Below the pieces are notes generated by a model. That model was given only the letters and a program-made list of their open reading frames with translations. It was not told where the DNA came from and made no database searches. This document shows, in pieces, positions 47,586 through 58,060 of a stretch of 64,000 bases of DNA. The stretch is from an uncultured Erysipelotrichaceae bacterium (GTDB lineage Bacteria; Bacillota_I; Bacilli_A; Erysipelotrichales; Erysipelotrichaceae), in contig CAMCRE010000004.1 in the NCBI GenBank assembly GCA_945877255.1, positions 26,484-90,483 of the forward strand. The letters are read 5' to 3'. Each line of letters starts with the position of its first letter. Position 1 is the first letter of the stretch. Position numbers and translations under genes: made by a program.

Positions 47586-48017
47586 TTACCTCCTACTCAT
47601 ATATGCACGTTGCATAAAACTAATCGTCGACATGACTACAATACCAAGCACTAACGCACCTGATTGCGATAATACATCTAATAATATTGCGTTACCTAAC
47701 GCTGTATTTGATTCCATTAATGCTTTCATAGAAAAATACATTCCACCACCTGGTACTAATGGTATTAACGCACACACGATAAATATTGTTACTGGTGTTT
47801 TAAATTTTCTTGCACAAATTTCAGATAATCCACTTAATGTGATGGAAGCTAAAAATTGTGATACAACAACAGATATACCATTTTCTTGTGCTAACGCAAA
47901 CACAAATCCCGCCAACATGCCTATAATACTTGCAACAAGTATTTTTCTACCTCTTACAGTAAACAATATCGCAAATGCGCCTGTTGCAATAAATGAAGCT
48001 AACGCTGCTTGTATCAT
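47586..48017 (-). CDS. Threonine/serine exporter family protein (ThrE C-terminal type, DUF3815)
   Basis: 143-aa 5-TM protein overlapping the upstream DUF1212-type partner. Confidence 0.7.
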   Translation of the reverse strand: MIQAALASFIATGAFAILFTVRGRKILVASIIGMLAGFVFALAQENGISVVVSQFLASITLSGLSEICARKFKTPVTIFIVCALIPLVPGGGMYFSMKALMESNTALGNAILLDVLSQSGALVLGIVVMSTISFMQRAYMSRR

Positions 48018-48808
48018 AATGTTAAACCTCCTGCTTTTGCAAGTGCAATCGCAATAATTGCACCTAGTGCAATTGCTGTCGCAATTAAAATCGTTTCTAA
48101 AAGACGATTAACAGCTGCACCTAAATCTTGAGCAACACTATCTCTTACAGCATTAGTGATAACTAGTCCTGGAACGAGTAACATCAACATACTAATAATC
48201 ACAATATCCGTATTTCCAAAACTTTGTGTTAATAAAATTGAAAATATAATGCTACAAAACGATGCAAGTGTTGTTGCAATAAAAAAATTAATTCCTAATT
48301 TATCAGCAAAAAATTTAATGGAATATACAATCATTCCCGCAAAAAAACTAATTATCGCATCAATCATGCTTCCTTTAAATAGTAACGCAAATGCACCTGA
48401 ACCAATTGCAGCCGACAACAATTTCCAACTAAATGGATACTGCTGTGCATCTTGTATTAATAATAGGCGATTTCTTATTGTTTCTACATCATATTTAGTT
48501 GTCATTAGTTCTCTTGATAACGCATTGATTTGATCGATTTTATCTAAATTAATACTACGATTTTTAACACGAATAATTTTGGTTGCATTTTCTTTTCCCA
48601 ATGTAATTGTGGTCATAATACCTGTAGGCAATACAAATGCTTGTGCATCGTCCATGCCACAATTTAATGCGATGCGTTGTATCGTTTCTTCAACACGGTA
48701 TGTTTCAGCACCAGACTCTAGTAAAATTTTACCCGCTAAAACCGCATTTTCTAAAACATCATTAATATTATTTTTCACGTAATCCATACATACAAATCGC
48801 TGCTGCAA
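48014..48808 (-). CDS. Threonine/serine exporter family protein (ThrE N-terminal type, DUF1212)
   Basis: Soluble N-domain LLESGAETYRVEETI plus TM region. Start uncertain (TTG 48808 or ATG 48787). Confidence 0.7.
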   Translation of the reverse strand: MQQRFVCMDYVKNNINDVLENAVLAGKILLESGAETYRVEETIQRIALNCGMDDAQAFVLPTGIMTTITLGKENATKIIRVKNRSINLDKIDQINALSRELMTTKYDVETIRNRLLLIQDAQQYPFSWKLLSAAIGSGAFALLFKGSMIDAIISFFAGMIVYSIKFFADKLGINFFIATTLASFCSIIFSILLTQSFGNTDIVIISMLMLLVPGLVITNAVRDSVAQDLGAAVNRLLETILIATAIALGAIIAIALAKAGGLTL

Positions 48809-49484
48809 CAGCTACGTTCAAAGAATCAAATTGTTGGACGGGAATTTGAATTGTTTGGTGTGATTTAGCGATGAGTTCTGGTGCTACACCACTTCCTTCA
48901 TTACCCACAATAATTCCTAATTTATCGCTAGCAACAACATTATCTAATAATACACTATTTTCAAATCCTGTTGCATAAATAGGAAACGCACTTTTTTCAA
49001 TCACTTTTAACAACGAACATTCTTCAATATCTAAGTGGAATATTGCACCTTGACTCGCTTTAATGACTTTATCATTATAAACATCTACACACCCTTCTGA
49101 AACAAATATTTTATTATATCCTAAACTATGTGCTGTTCTTAATATTGTTCCCATATTGCCAGGAATTTGAATATCATCTAATAATAATACACGATTACTT
49201 TCTAATGAATTTTGTGATACATTCGCAATACCAATCATTTTATTTAATGAAATATTTGAACTTAATTTTTTCATCACATCTTTAGAAACAATTTCGACAT
49301 TCGTAAAACCAAACTGATTATTACTACCTTCTAATAAAATTAATGTTTCTAAATTATTCGTTTTTATCGCTTCTGCAATAACATGTTCTTCTTCGATAAT
49401 AAATTTTTTAAACTTATTACGATATTTTACTTGACGTAATTTAAGCCAATTTTTAACTTTATTGTTTGTTAGTGACGATATCAT
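48768..49484 (-). CDS. TrmH/SpoU-family RNA 2'-O-methyltransferase
   Basis: GNMGTILRTA, IVGNEGSGV, SLNVAVAAAI motifs. Confidence 0.85.
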   Translation of the reverse strand: MISSLTNNKVKNWLKLRQVKYRNKFKKFIIEEEHVIAEAIKTNNLETLILLEGSNNQFGFTNVEIVSKDVMKKLSSNISLNKMIGIANVSQNSLESNRVLLLDDIQIPGNMGTILRTAHSLGYNKIFVSEGCVDVYNDKVIKASQGAIFHLDIEECSLLKVIEKSAFPIYATGFENSVLLDNVVASDKLGIIVGNEGSGVAPELIAKSHQTIQIPVQQFDSLNVAVAAAICMYGLREK

Positions 49485-49517
49485 ATATTCTCCTTTTAAA
49501 AAGAAGAATAAGTAACC

Positions 49518-52220
49518 TTATTCTTCTATTACACTTTTACATCTTGAGCAAAGTTGACCTTCTTCACGCATTGTAACATTCCAACATCTTGGACAAGCAT
49601 ATCCTTTACATTTCACAATTTCAACGTTTAATTGCTCATCTTCAATTAAATCTACTTTTGAAACGATTAAGAATTGATGGAAATGATCAAATGATGTTTC
49701 GATTAATTGTTTTAATGCTTTTGGTAAACGAATAATTGCATGTGCTTCTAATGATTTACCAATAATTTTTTCTTCACGTGCAACTTCTAATGCTTTTAAT
49801 ACATGCGTTCTTAATTCTAAAATTGCATCCATTTTTTCAACAACATCGCCATCATTAATTTTTGGTACATCTTTGAATTGTGCTAAATGAATTGAATCTT
49901 CTTCTAAATGAATAAAATCATTTAACTCTTCAACTGTATGTACTAAAATCGGAGCAATAATTTTTAATAAACATTCAAATAATGTATAAATAACTGTTTG
50001 AACTTGTCTTCTTCGTAACGCATCTTTTTTCTCAATATATAAAATATCTTTTGTGAAATCTAAATAATACGCACTTACATCAGTTGTCATAAAGTTTTGA
50101 ACGAGTGTAGTAACAGTTATAAAATCATATTTTTCATATGCTTTTCTTGCTTTTTCAATTACATCTGATAATTTAACAATCATATGTTTATCAACTAATG
50201 GTAATGTTTGAACATCCACTAAATCTTCTTTTGTGAAGTCTTCAGGATGAATATTTCCTAACATAAATCTAAACGTATTTCTTATTTTGCGGTAAGACTC
50301 TGAAATTTGTTTTAAGATTTCTTCTCCAATACGACCATCTGCTTGGTAATCAATACTTGCTACCCAAAGACGTAAAATATCCGCACCTTGATTTTCAAAT
50401 ACTTCTTTTGGTGAAATTGTATTCCCTAGTGATTTGGACATTGCAATACCATTTTTATCCATTATAAATCCATGTGATACAACTTCTTTATATGGTGCTT
50501 TACCATGAACAGCAACACCGATTGTTAATGATGAGTTAAACCAACCACGGTATTGATCACTACCTTCTAAATATAAGTCAGCTGGATAGCGTAATTTTCG
50601 CTCAACTAACACACCTGTATGACTTGATCCAGAATCAAACCATACATCCATCGTATCCATTTCTTTTCTGAATATATTGTTTGGAGAACTTGGATGTGTA
50701 AATCCTTCTGGAAGTAAATCTTTAACATCTTTTTCATACCAAATATTTGAACCATGTGTTCTAAATAGTTGTGAGAAATGATTAAATAATTGCTCGTCGA
50801 TAATTGGTTCGTTATTTTCACCATAAATAATTGGAATTGGCACACCCCATAATCTTTGACGTGAAATACACCAATCACCACGATCTTTAACCATGTTGTA
50901 TAAACGTTTTTCACCCCAACTTGGATACCATTTAATATTTTCTACTTCATCTAATAATTGCGTTCTAATCTTATCAATTGAAGCAAACCATTGTGCTGTT
51001 GCTCTGAAAATAATTGGTTTTTTAGTACGCCAATCATGTGGATAAGCGTGTTTAATAAAACTTAATTTCAACAATGCTTTTACTTCATCAAGTTTTTGAG
51101 TAATCGTTTTATTCGCATCATCAATAAATTGACCAGCTACAAAATCTCCAGCATCACTTGTTAAATAACCTTTTTCATCAACTGGACAATATGCTTCTAA
51201 TCCATATTTTAATCCAACATTAAAGTCTTCTACCCCATGACCTGGTGCAGTATGTACACATCCTGTACCTGCTTCATCACTAACATGATCACCTAAAATT
51301 ACAACTGAAGTTCGAGCATATAATGGATGTTTAGTTGTTATAAACTCTAATTCTTGTCCTTTGAATGTTTTTAAAATTTCTTTTTCGCTAAATTCAAATG
51401 TTTCCCATAAACTATCTATATTTTTATTTAAAACAACGAATTTTCCTTTTTCACTTTTAACTAACGCATACTCTAAATCTGGATTAACACAAATCGCTAA
51501 GTTAGCAGGAATTGTCCAAGGTGTAGTTGTCCAAATAATAAAACTACTGTCTGCATCAATTATGTTTTTACTATCAACAACATCAAATTTAACATAAATT
51601 GATGGTGACGTTTTTTCTTTATACTCAATTTCTGCTTCAGCTAATGCACTTTCACTAGAAGGTGACCAATATACTGGTTTTGAACCTTTGTAGATTAAAC
51701 CTTTCAAAGCCATCTTCGCAAAAACATCAATTTGATTTGCTTCATATTCTTTTTGATATGTAATATATGGATTATCAAAATCACCCACGATTCCTAAACG
51801 ATAAAACATTTCTTTTTGACGCTCGACTTGTTCTTGTGCGTATTCTAAACATAATTTTCTAAACGCATCGACACTCATTTCTTTACGGTTATATCCTAAT
51901 TTTTGAACAGCTGTTTCAATTGGTAAACCGTGTGTATCCCACCCTGGAATATATGGTACTTGATAGTTTGCCATATATTTACTTCTTATCACAAAGTCTT
52001 TTAAAATTTTATTTAAAGCATGTCCAATATGAATGTCTCCATTTGCATACGGCGGTCCATCATGCAAAATAAATTGCGGTGCATCTTGACGATACGCCAA
52101 CATTTTTTGATATAAATTATTTTCTTTCCATCTTTTTTGGTAAAGAAACTCTTTTTTTGCCAAATTAGCACGCATTTCAAATTCTGTTTTTGGCATTAAT
52201 AATGTATCTTTATAATTCAT
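49518..52220 (-). CDS. ileS: Isoleucine-tRNA ligase
   Basis: [17 protein letters not shown]-terminal CPRCW...CSRC zinc knuckle; 900 aa. Confidence 0.97.
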   Translation of the reverse strand: MNYKDTLLMPKTEFEMRANLAKKEFLYQKRWKENNLYQKMLAYRQDAPQFILHDGPPYANGDIHIGHALNKILKDFVIRSKYMANYQVPYIPGWDTHGLPIETAVQKLGYNRKEMSVDAFRKLCLEYAQEQVERQKEMFYRLGIVGDFDNPYITYQKEYEANQIDVFAKMALKGLIYKGSKPVYWSPSSESALAEAEIEYKEKTSPSIYVKFDVVDSKNIIDADSSFIIWTTTPWTIPANLAICVNPDLEYALVKSEKGKFVVLNKNIDSLWETFEFSEKEILKTFKGQELEFITTKHPLYARTSVVILGDHVSDEAGTGCVHTAPGHGVEDFNVGLKYGLEAYCPVDEKGYLTSDAGDFVAGQFIDDANKTITQKLDEVKALLKLSFIKHAYPHDWRTKKPIIFRATAQWFASIDKIRTQLLDEVENIKWYPSWGEKRLYNMVKDRGDWCISRQRLWGVPIPIIYGENNEPIIDEQLFNHFSQLFRTHGSNIWYEKDVKDLLPEGFTHPSSPNNIFRKEMDTMDVWFDSGSSHTGVLVERKLRYPADLYLEGSDQYRGWFNSSLTIGVAVHGKAPYKEVVSHGFIMDKNGIAMSKSLGNTISPKEVFENQGADILRLWVASIDYQADGRIGEEILKQISESYRKIRNTFRFMLGNIHPEDFTKEDLVDVQTLPLVDKHMIVKLSDVIEKARKAYEKYDFITVTTLVQNFMTTDVSAYYLDFTKDILYIEKKDALRRRQVQTVIYTLFECLLKIIAPILVHTVEELNDFIHLEEDSIHLAQFKDVPKINDGDVVEKMDAILELRTHVLKALEVAREEKIIGKSLEAHAIIRLPKALKQLIETSFDHFHQFLIVSKVDLIEDEQLNVEIVKCKGYACPRCWNVTMREEGQLCSRCKSVIEE

Positions 52221-52228
52221 ATTTACTC

Positions 52229-52675
52229 CTATTTTAATCTTTCTTCATCAATCGTTGGGAAATCTTTAATATCTTCTACTAAGCTAGCAAGCTGTTCAAT
52301 TCGCTCTTTAATTTGCCCTTTTAATTCATTCGTCGTTCCACCAAGACGCGAAACTTCTAGTAAAATTAATCTCGCAGAAACAAATGCTTCATTTACAATA
52401 AATTCAGCATTACGTTGTGCTGTATCAATTACTGCATTTGCTTCTTTTAACGCAAATTTCGTTAAGTCTTCTTGTGCTTTTTCTTTAATTTGTAGTGTTT
52501 GTTTTAATTCATTGTAACTAGTGATTAATTCTTCTTGATTTGCAACTAATGCTTCATTTTTAGTTTTGTATAATCGTAGTTTTAATTCCAAATCTTCAAT
52601 CGTTTGTGTTAATTCACTAATCTTTGCATCAACTTCATAACGATTATATCCTTGTTTCATTGTTGAAAACTTCAT
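52229..52675 (-). CDS. divIVA: DivIVA-domain protein
   Basis: [14 protein letters not shown]-terminal DivIVA motif plus coiled coil. Confidence 0.85.
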   Translation of the reverse strand: MKFSTMKQGYNRYEVDAKISELTQTIEDLELKLRLYKTKNEALVANQEELITSYNELKQTLQIKEKAQEDLTKFALKEANAVIDTAQRNAEFIVNEAFVSARLILLEVSRLGGTTNELKGQIKERIEQLASLVEDIKDFPTIDEERLK

Positions 52676-52684
52676 ATCAACCTC

Positions 52685-53476
52685 CTACACAAATTGATCA
52701 ATTTTCACGACTAAGTTATCTTTTTTTGTTGTTTTAATAACTTTTCTAAATATAAACTTTCCAAATTTTCTAATGACGATTTCATCTTCTTCTTTGCATA
52801 GCCGTGCATTATCCATGCACACCATACCATTTACTTTAACATGCCCTGCCTTAATTAATGTATTAGATTGCATACGTGAAATATTACTTATCCCAGCAAC
52901 AATAACATCTAAACGTAAACTCGCAATAATTTTTTCAATCGAATGAAATGCTGGCTCAAAAATAACTTCCTCATTACTTCTAGTAAAACGGACTTGTATT
53001 TGTTTGAAGTGCGTAATATCACATATTAATCGTTCTACACTAACATCACACGCAATATAAAGCGCATTTTTATCAACTATAATATCGCCAATTGTATTTC
53101 TTTGAATACCCATATTTAATAATTTTCCTAAAATATGACGATGTTCAATATTTTGATATGTCTGGTTAATTGATGTTTTTAAAACTACTAATGTTTCAAA
53201 ACTTAAATCTTGATATATTTTAGGTGCCAGCAATGCTTTTTGATACGTTGCATTTTTAATACCACCACTAAATATAACTTGTAAATCATCTGGTATCATT
53301 TTAAATAAAATTTCTTGTTCAATTTTATTTAAAAAACGTGTTTCTACAACAAGATGACTGTGTATCACACGTTTTATATAATCTTCAAAACGAGAAATCG
53401 TATGTGAATATTCTGGATATGTTTTTAGAAAATATGGACTATTCTTGAATATCACTATTTCCAGAAATCGCACCAT
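52685..53476 (-). CDS. ylmH: YlmH-like S4-domain RNA-binding protein
   Basis: Conserved sepF-ylmH-divIVA order; C-terminal S4-like LRLDVIVAGISNISRMQSNTLIKAGHVKVNG. Start overlaps sepF and is uncertain. Confidence 0.75.
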   Translation of the reverse strand: MVRFLEIVIFKNSPYFLKTYPEYSHTISRFEDYIKRVIHSHLVVETRFLNKIEQEILFKMIPDDLQVIFSGGIKNATYQKALLAPKIYQDLSFETLVVLKTSINQTYQNIEHRHILGKLLNMGIQRNTIGDIIVDKNALYIACDVSVERLICDITHFKQIQVRFTRSNEEVIFEPAFHSIEKIIASLRLDVIVAGISNISRMQSNTLIKAGHVKVNGMVCMDNARLCKEEDEIVIRKFGKFIFRKVIKTTKKDNLVVKIDQFV

Positions 53477-53831
53477 CTACAGGTACACTTGATGGCGCAA
53501 ATAAGAATACTTTTTCACCAATTTGATGAATTGAGCCTTCCAACGCAAACAATACACCCGTTAAAAAGTCAATTGTGCGTTGTGCTGCATCTGTTCTTAA
53601 TTTTTGTAAGTTTACAACTACTGCTTTACTTTCTTTTAATTTTTTTGCAACAACTTGTGCGTCATCAAAACTTCTTGGTTCAAATAACACCATTTTAGTA
53701 TTTGCACCACCAATAACTTTAGCACTTCTACTTGTTTCATAAGTAGATTTTCTTGGTGCTTCTTCTACTACTTCTACGTTTTCATCATCTCCTGGTGCAA
53801 TCCACTCTTTAATTCCTTTAATAAATGACAT
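53439..53831 (-). CDS. sepF: Cell division protein SepF
   Basis: MVLFEPRSFDDAQVVAKKLKESKAVVVNL DUF552 core. Confidence 0.9.
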   Translation of the reverse strand: MSFIKGIKEWIAPGDDENVEVVEEAPRKSTYETSRSAKVIGGANTKMVLFEPRSFDDAQVVAKKLKESKAVVVNLQKLRTDAAQRTIDFLTGVLFALEGSIHQIGEKVFLFAPSSVPVDGAISGNSDIQE

Positions 53832-53880
53832 AAAATATCCCCCTTATTTTCTATATTATAACATATTTATATTAATTTTA

Positions 53881-54183
53881 CTACTTTATTACGTTTTGAT
53901 GTTCTTCAATTTTAGAATCAATCCAAAATTCCAATATTTCTTCTGGTTGAAGACCACTTACTTTCCCTAATAATTCGTCATTATATAGTAAAAGCGTTGT
54001 TGGAATAGAAACAACATCATACTTGCTTAATATCGGACGTGTTTCTTCATTTAATAACAAAGTAAACACTGTTAAATCATTTCTTCTATTAGCAATATTT
54101 CGAATAATAGGCATCATAGTAATGCAATTTGCACAACTGTCGCCTTGAACTTCAATAATTGTGTATCCAAAGTTTAACTCCAT
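53881..54183 (-). CDS. Thioredoxin-fold protein with CANC motif
   Basis: 100 aa, C-x-x-C (CANC), VSIPTTLL cis-Pro region; ATGA-type coupling to pflA. Confidence 0.7.
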   Translation of the reverse strand: MELNFGYTIIEVQGDSCANCITMMPIIRNIANRRNDLTVFTLLLNEETRPILSKYDVVSIPTTLLLYNDELLGKVSGLQPEEILEFWIDSKIEEHQNVIK

Positions 54184-54929
54184 TATATTTCTCCTCTTAA
54201 TAAAATTGCTTCTGCACGTTCTATTTGTTGTTTAGTAGGTGGTTCAACACCTTCTAACGCATATTTAAGATTCATTTGTTGGTATTTAACCGTCCCCATT
54301 GTATGGTATGGTAATACTTCGATTTTCTCCACATTTTTTAATGTCTCCACAAATTTTCGTAGTTGAATTAAATATTTTTCATTTGTTGTATAACCTGGTA
54401 CTAAAACGTGTCTTATCCAAACTGCCTTGTTTTTTTCTGATAAAAAATTAGCATAATCAATAATCTTTTCATTTGGTAATCCTGTTAATTCTTCGTGTTC
54501 TTTTGAATCAATATGTTTTAAATCTAATAAGAATAAATCACACACCGAAAATAATTCTTCATATTTTTGAACGATTTTTTCAGATTTTTTTTGAAACATA
54601 ATACCCGAAGTATCGACACACGTATGAATTTGATGTTTTTTTAGTTGTTTAAACAATTCAATCACAAAATCAATTTGTACTAATGGTTCACCACCACTTA
54701 CTGTAACACCCCCACCGTTTTTAAAATATGTGCGGTATTTTAATATTTTTTTTACAACTTCATCTACCGTATACTCTGTTCCATCTTTATACGCCCACGT
54801 ATCGGGATTATGACAATATTTGCATCTTAATGGACAACCTTGTAAAAATAACACAAATCTAATGCCTGGACCATCTACTGTTCCAAAGCTTTCAAATGAA
54901 TGTACTCGCCCTTTCATCGTAACCTCCAT
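54183..54929 (-). CDS. pflA: Glycyl-radical enzyme activase (pyruvate formate-lyase activating enzyme type)
   Basis: GTVDGPGIRFVLFLQGCPLRCKYCHNPD radical SAM motif. Confidence 0.9.
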   Translation of the reverse strand: MEVTMKGRVHSFESFGTVDGPGIRFVLFLQGCPLRCKYCHNPDTWAYKDGTEYTVDEVVKKILKYRTYFKNGGGVTVSGGEPLVQIDFVIELFKQLKKHQIHTCVDTSGIMFQKKSEKIVQKYEELFSVCDLFLLDLKHIDSKEHEELTGLPNEKIIDYANFLSEKNKAVWIRHVLVPGYTTNEKYLIQLRKFVETLKNVEKIEVLPYHTMGTVKYQQMNLKYALEGVEPPTKQQIERAEAILLRGEI

Positions 54930-55020
54930 TGACTTATGTGAATATTATAACATTTTAATAAAACGATTGAAAATAAAAAGAACATCACCCATGAAAAAAA
55001 GTATACTTTGCGTCGTATAC

Positions 55021-55632
55021 TTATTTTTTTAAGATGTAATGAAATATGTATTTCCCATCATTAAATAATGGCAACAACATGATTAAGTGGTAAAATACTA
55101 AAATATACTTCAAAAACAAATTAGCTGTTAATATTTCCGATAACACCCAAACCACAACCGCACCCGCAACAGGGCCACCTACTGAAATAATCGCTGTGGA
55201 TTGATCTGACTTTTGTATATAGTTGAAGCTACATCGGAATATATCTATTTTAAAATAACCATTATATTTTTTATCATACAACCAATACAAAATTATATGT
55301 GCTATTTCATGTGCAAAAACACCTATATTAAATATTATAATTGACTTAACGATTTGAGAATAATAATTAATACTATCTAGTAAAATTTTTGATAAGCTAA
55401 GCATAATTAATGTTTGTATTGAAAATACAACACAAATCGTTATAAACATCATTATTCTATTTTTATTCCAAATTATTCCTTGTTTTTTAATCAAGTCATT
55501 TTGCAATAAATAATCAACAGTAGTTTGTTGTTTAGAAATTGTATAGTGGATACCTATTCTTTCATCTATTATTTTTGATTCAATTACACGAACACCTTTG
55601 CAAAATTTATAATTTGACAACATGGATGACAC
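55021..55632 (-). CDS. Mini site-2-protease-like intramembrane metallopeptidase (M50-like)
   Basis: HEIAH in a TM helix, GGPVAG, and LLPLFNDG resembling the M50 NxxPxxxxDG motif; 203 aa. Confidence 0.6.
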   Translation of the reverse strand: MSSMLSNYKFCKGVRVIESKIIDERIGIHYTISKQQTTVDYLLQNDLIKKQGIIWNKNRIMMFITICVVFSIQTLIMLSLSKILLDSINYYSQIVKSIIIFNIGVFAHEIAHIILYWLYDKKYNGYFKIDIFRCSFNYIQKSDQSTAIISVGGPVAGAVVVWVLSEILTANLFLKYILVFYHLIMLLPLFNDGKYIFHYILKK

Positions 55633-56821
55633 CTAGTAATATCATTGACAGCATACTTAATACCAACATAAAAGTTAAAGAATTTATTTTATCTGGATTG
55701 TACGTTAATTTAAATTTTAAAATTACTGCAATACATAAAACAAGTGAAATGTAGTAATGTAGTGATAATTCAGTAAATAATGCGAGTAGCATTGTAATGA
55801 CTACAACTAATAAAAGTAAAATGACATTTGTGTGTTGATATAATTTTTTTGCAACGCGACGATACCAATTTAAGTACACATTCATCATTCCTAATGCTAT
55901 TAGTAAAAACGGTATAATAAAATACATATGTTCACTTCTTGAAAATAAACCGATTTTTGGACTTGAAAAAATTAAATAAAATACAACTACTATCATTGAT
56001 AATGTAAACTCAACACGATTTCTTATAATAATCAGTAATGTGTTCAGTATACTTGCAGGCAACATTTTGATTTTATCGATGTTTAAAGTTACTTTACTAC
56101 TTTTAACAGGAAGCATCACACGTACATTCACCCACTTATACCATAATATTGCACAAATAATATGAATGACTAAAAATACACGCACTGGTACTTGCTCAAC
56201 GCTACTTAATTGTCGTTTATTAATAATTAGCACGACAAACGGAATAATTGATAAAAAAGAAATTGACCAAAAATAAACTTTTCCAAGAAATTTCTTAATT
56301 ATTAATTGTAGAAATTGCATCATTAATTGCATGCTAGCGACATAACACAATACAAACGCCAAATAAAATATCGCTAATACAATTAATATTACAGCGAACA
56401 TCACAACATCAGAACTGATTAATATAATATTAAATATTACTGATGGCATAATTAATATATACATACATAACATCACGGTAAACAATGACATCATGAAAAT
56501 ATTTTTAATTGTGATTGGATATTTTTTAAATATGTTATGAACTTTACTATATAAAAATATTGTTGATAGGAAAATAATGATTGATAAATAAATTAAATTA
56601 TTGAAATAGAATAAAAAGAATACGGTATAAAATTTCTCATATAAATCAGTCAACGATGTTATTTTAAGACCTGAAAAATTATTTGCAATTTCATTAAATG
56701 AGAAAAATGTATACCCTAAATAAAGTGAAACAGTAATAAAAATAATAACAGGATTTTCTAAAGCTGCATTTCTAAAAATATTTTTGACTAACGTGGATAT
56801 GGCTTTTACATTATTTTTCAT
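55607..56821 (-). CDS. Polytopic membrane protein (404 aa, about 10-12 TM), putative ABC permease partner
   Basis: ORF track; overlaps the ABC ATPase gene by 11 nt. No family recognised. Confidence 0.6.
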   Translation of the reverse strand: MKNNVKAISTLVKNIFRNAALENPVIIFITVSLYLGYTFFSFNEIANNFSGLKITSLTDLYEKFYTVFFLFYFNNLIYLSIIIFLSTIFLYSKVHNIFKKYPITIKNIFMMSLFTVMLCMYILIMPSVIFNIILISSDVVMFAVILIVLAIFYLAFVLCYVASMQLMMQFLQLIIKKFLGKVYFWSISFLSIIPFVVLIINKRQLSSVEQVPVRVFLVIHIICAILWYKWVNVRVMLPVKSSKVTLNIDKIKMLPASILNTLLIIIRNRVEFTLSMIVVVFYLIFSSPKIGLFSRSEHMYFIIPFLLIALGMMNVYLNWYRRVAKKLYQHTNVILLLLVVVITMLLALFTELSLHYYISLVLCIAVILKFKLTYNPDKINSLTFMLVLSMLSMILLGVIHVVKL

Positions 56822-57515
56822 TATACCAATCCATAAATAACTTTTCTAATTGTTCAGCAGTTAAATTAGAAATATCCAATTTCTCTGATAAGACACCATT
56901 TTTAATAAATACTACTTTTTCACATGTTTCTTTCACAAAGCCAATTTCATGACTGGATACAATATATGTTACATCTTTTAATTCATTAAATATTTTCTTT
57001 AAATAATAGACGGATACGATATCTAAACCGTTTGTGGGTTCATCCACAATATAAAATTGATATGGTGCAATTAGTATTGATATGAGTTGCAATTTCTTTT
57101 TCATTCCAAATGAATAGTTTTTAATTAATTTAGAATCATACACATCTTTAATATTAAATAACGATAATAACATTTCTAACTTGTCATAATCAATATTTTC
57201 TTTACCATAAATATATTCCATAAACACTATTAATTCTTTTAACGTTAAATAATCAATAATATCTACTGTATCAGTAACAAAACCTATTCGCTTTCTTATT
57301 TCATCCACATTTTTGAATGGCGATTTTTCAAAAACAAGTATGCCTTCATGCGTTTCTAATTCTCCAAAAACACAATTCAACAAAGTTGTTTTACCAGAAC
57401 CATTAATTCCTAATAGTCCTATTTTTTCTCCTTTTTTAATTTCTAGATTAATATTTTTTAAAACTGTATTATTATCATTATATGAAAATGTGAAATTTTT
57501 TAATGACACAAACAT
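56811..57515 (-). CDS. ABC transporter ATP-binding protein (ABC-2/immunity type)
   Basis: Walker A GINGSGKTT, signature YSFGMKKKL, Walker B FYIVDEP. Confidence 0.85.
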   Translation of the reverse strand: MFVSLKNFTFSYNDNNTVLKNINLEIKKGEKIGLLGINGSGKTTLLNCVFGELETHEGILVFEKSPFKNVDEIRKRIGFVTDTVDIIDYLTLKELIVFMEYIYGKENIDYDKLEMLLSLFNIKDVYDSKLIKNYSFGMKKKLQLISILIAPYQFYIVDEPTNGLDIVSVYYLKKIFNELKDVTYIVSSHEIGFVKETCEKVVFIKNGVLSEKLDISNLTAEQLEKLFMDWYNEK

Positions 57516-57517
57516 AT

Positions 57518-57877
57518 TTATGTCCTCCTTTTCGATTTAGCCAATAACAACCATACCCCACCACTTATAGTAAGTAATGTGATAGTCGCACCACCAGCAA
57601 ATATAAATGGGATGAATGCGTGATACTTACTTTTGATGGTCGTAACTTTTATCCCGCCATCACTTTGAGTAGAAACTTTATAATGTAACACATCCATGCC
57701 AAAAAACGTTAATTTATCATCAATATTTTCATTTGGTGCGTTTTCGATTAAATTAATTATACTAGTGTTTAATTTATTCGTATCATTAATTAATTTATTT
57801 GTTGTAAAAACGAAAAATAATGAGAATACTAAAATTACCACAATTATACTAGCACTAATTTTATTTAATTTTTTCAT
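57518..57877 (-). CDS. Bitopic protein: N-terminal signal anchor, ~60-aa ectodomain, C-terminal TM + KSKRRT tail
   Basis: ORF track. The C-terminus FAGGATITLLTISGGVWLLLAKSKRRT looks like a sorting-signal-type anchor but has no LPxTG. Confidence 0.55.
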   Translation of the reverse strand: MKKLNKISASIIVVILVFSLFFVFTTNKLINDTNKLNTSIINLIENAPNENIDDKLTFFGMDVLHYKVSTQSDGGIKVTTIKSKYHAFIPFIFAGGATITLLTISGGVWLLLAKSKRRT

Positions 57878-57933
57878 ATTTTTTCCCCCTTTAATTCATG
57901 ACCGCTCTTTAAACACCTCGTGTTTATGCTTAT

Positions 57934-57962
57934 AGTATAATGGAAAAAGAAAATAATGTCAA
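57934..57962 (-). promoter_or_regulatory. Promoter of the four-gene cluster
   Basis: TTGACA (57962..57957), 17 nt spacer, TATACT (57939..57934). The 5' UTR has a TAAACAC-gag-GTGTTTA hairpin. Confidence 0.6.
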
Positions 57963-58030
57963 TACCTTTCCGCAAAAAATTTTGTTTTTTTTGTAAAAGC
58001 ATACATTTTTTTATGCAATAATTGCTTATA

Positions 58031-58060
58031 ATGAAAAAACCTATCAAAATAGATAGGTTT
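58031..58060 (-). terminator. Intrinsic terminator after guaB
   Basis: AAACCTATC-tatttt-GATAGGTTT plus TTTC on the minus strand. Confidence 0.7.

Noticed and set aside
50606-50914. 102-aa minus-strand ORF inside ileS.
   Set aside because: It is an alternative frame of a gene whose main frame has unambiguous IleRS motifs.
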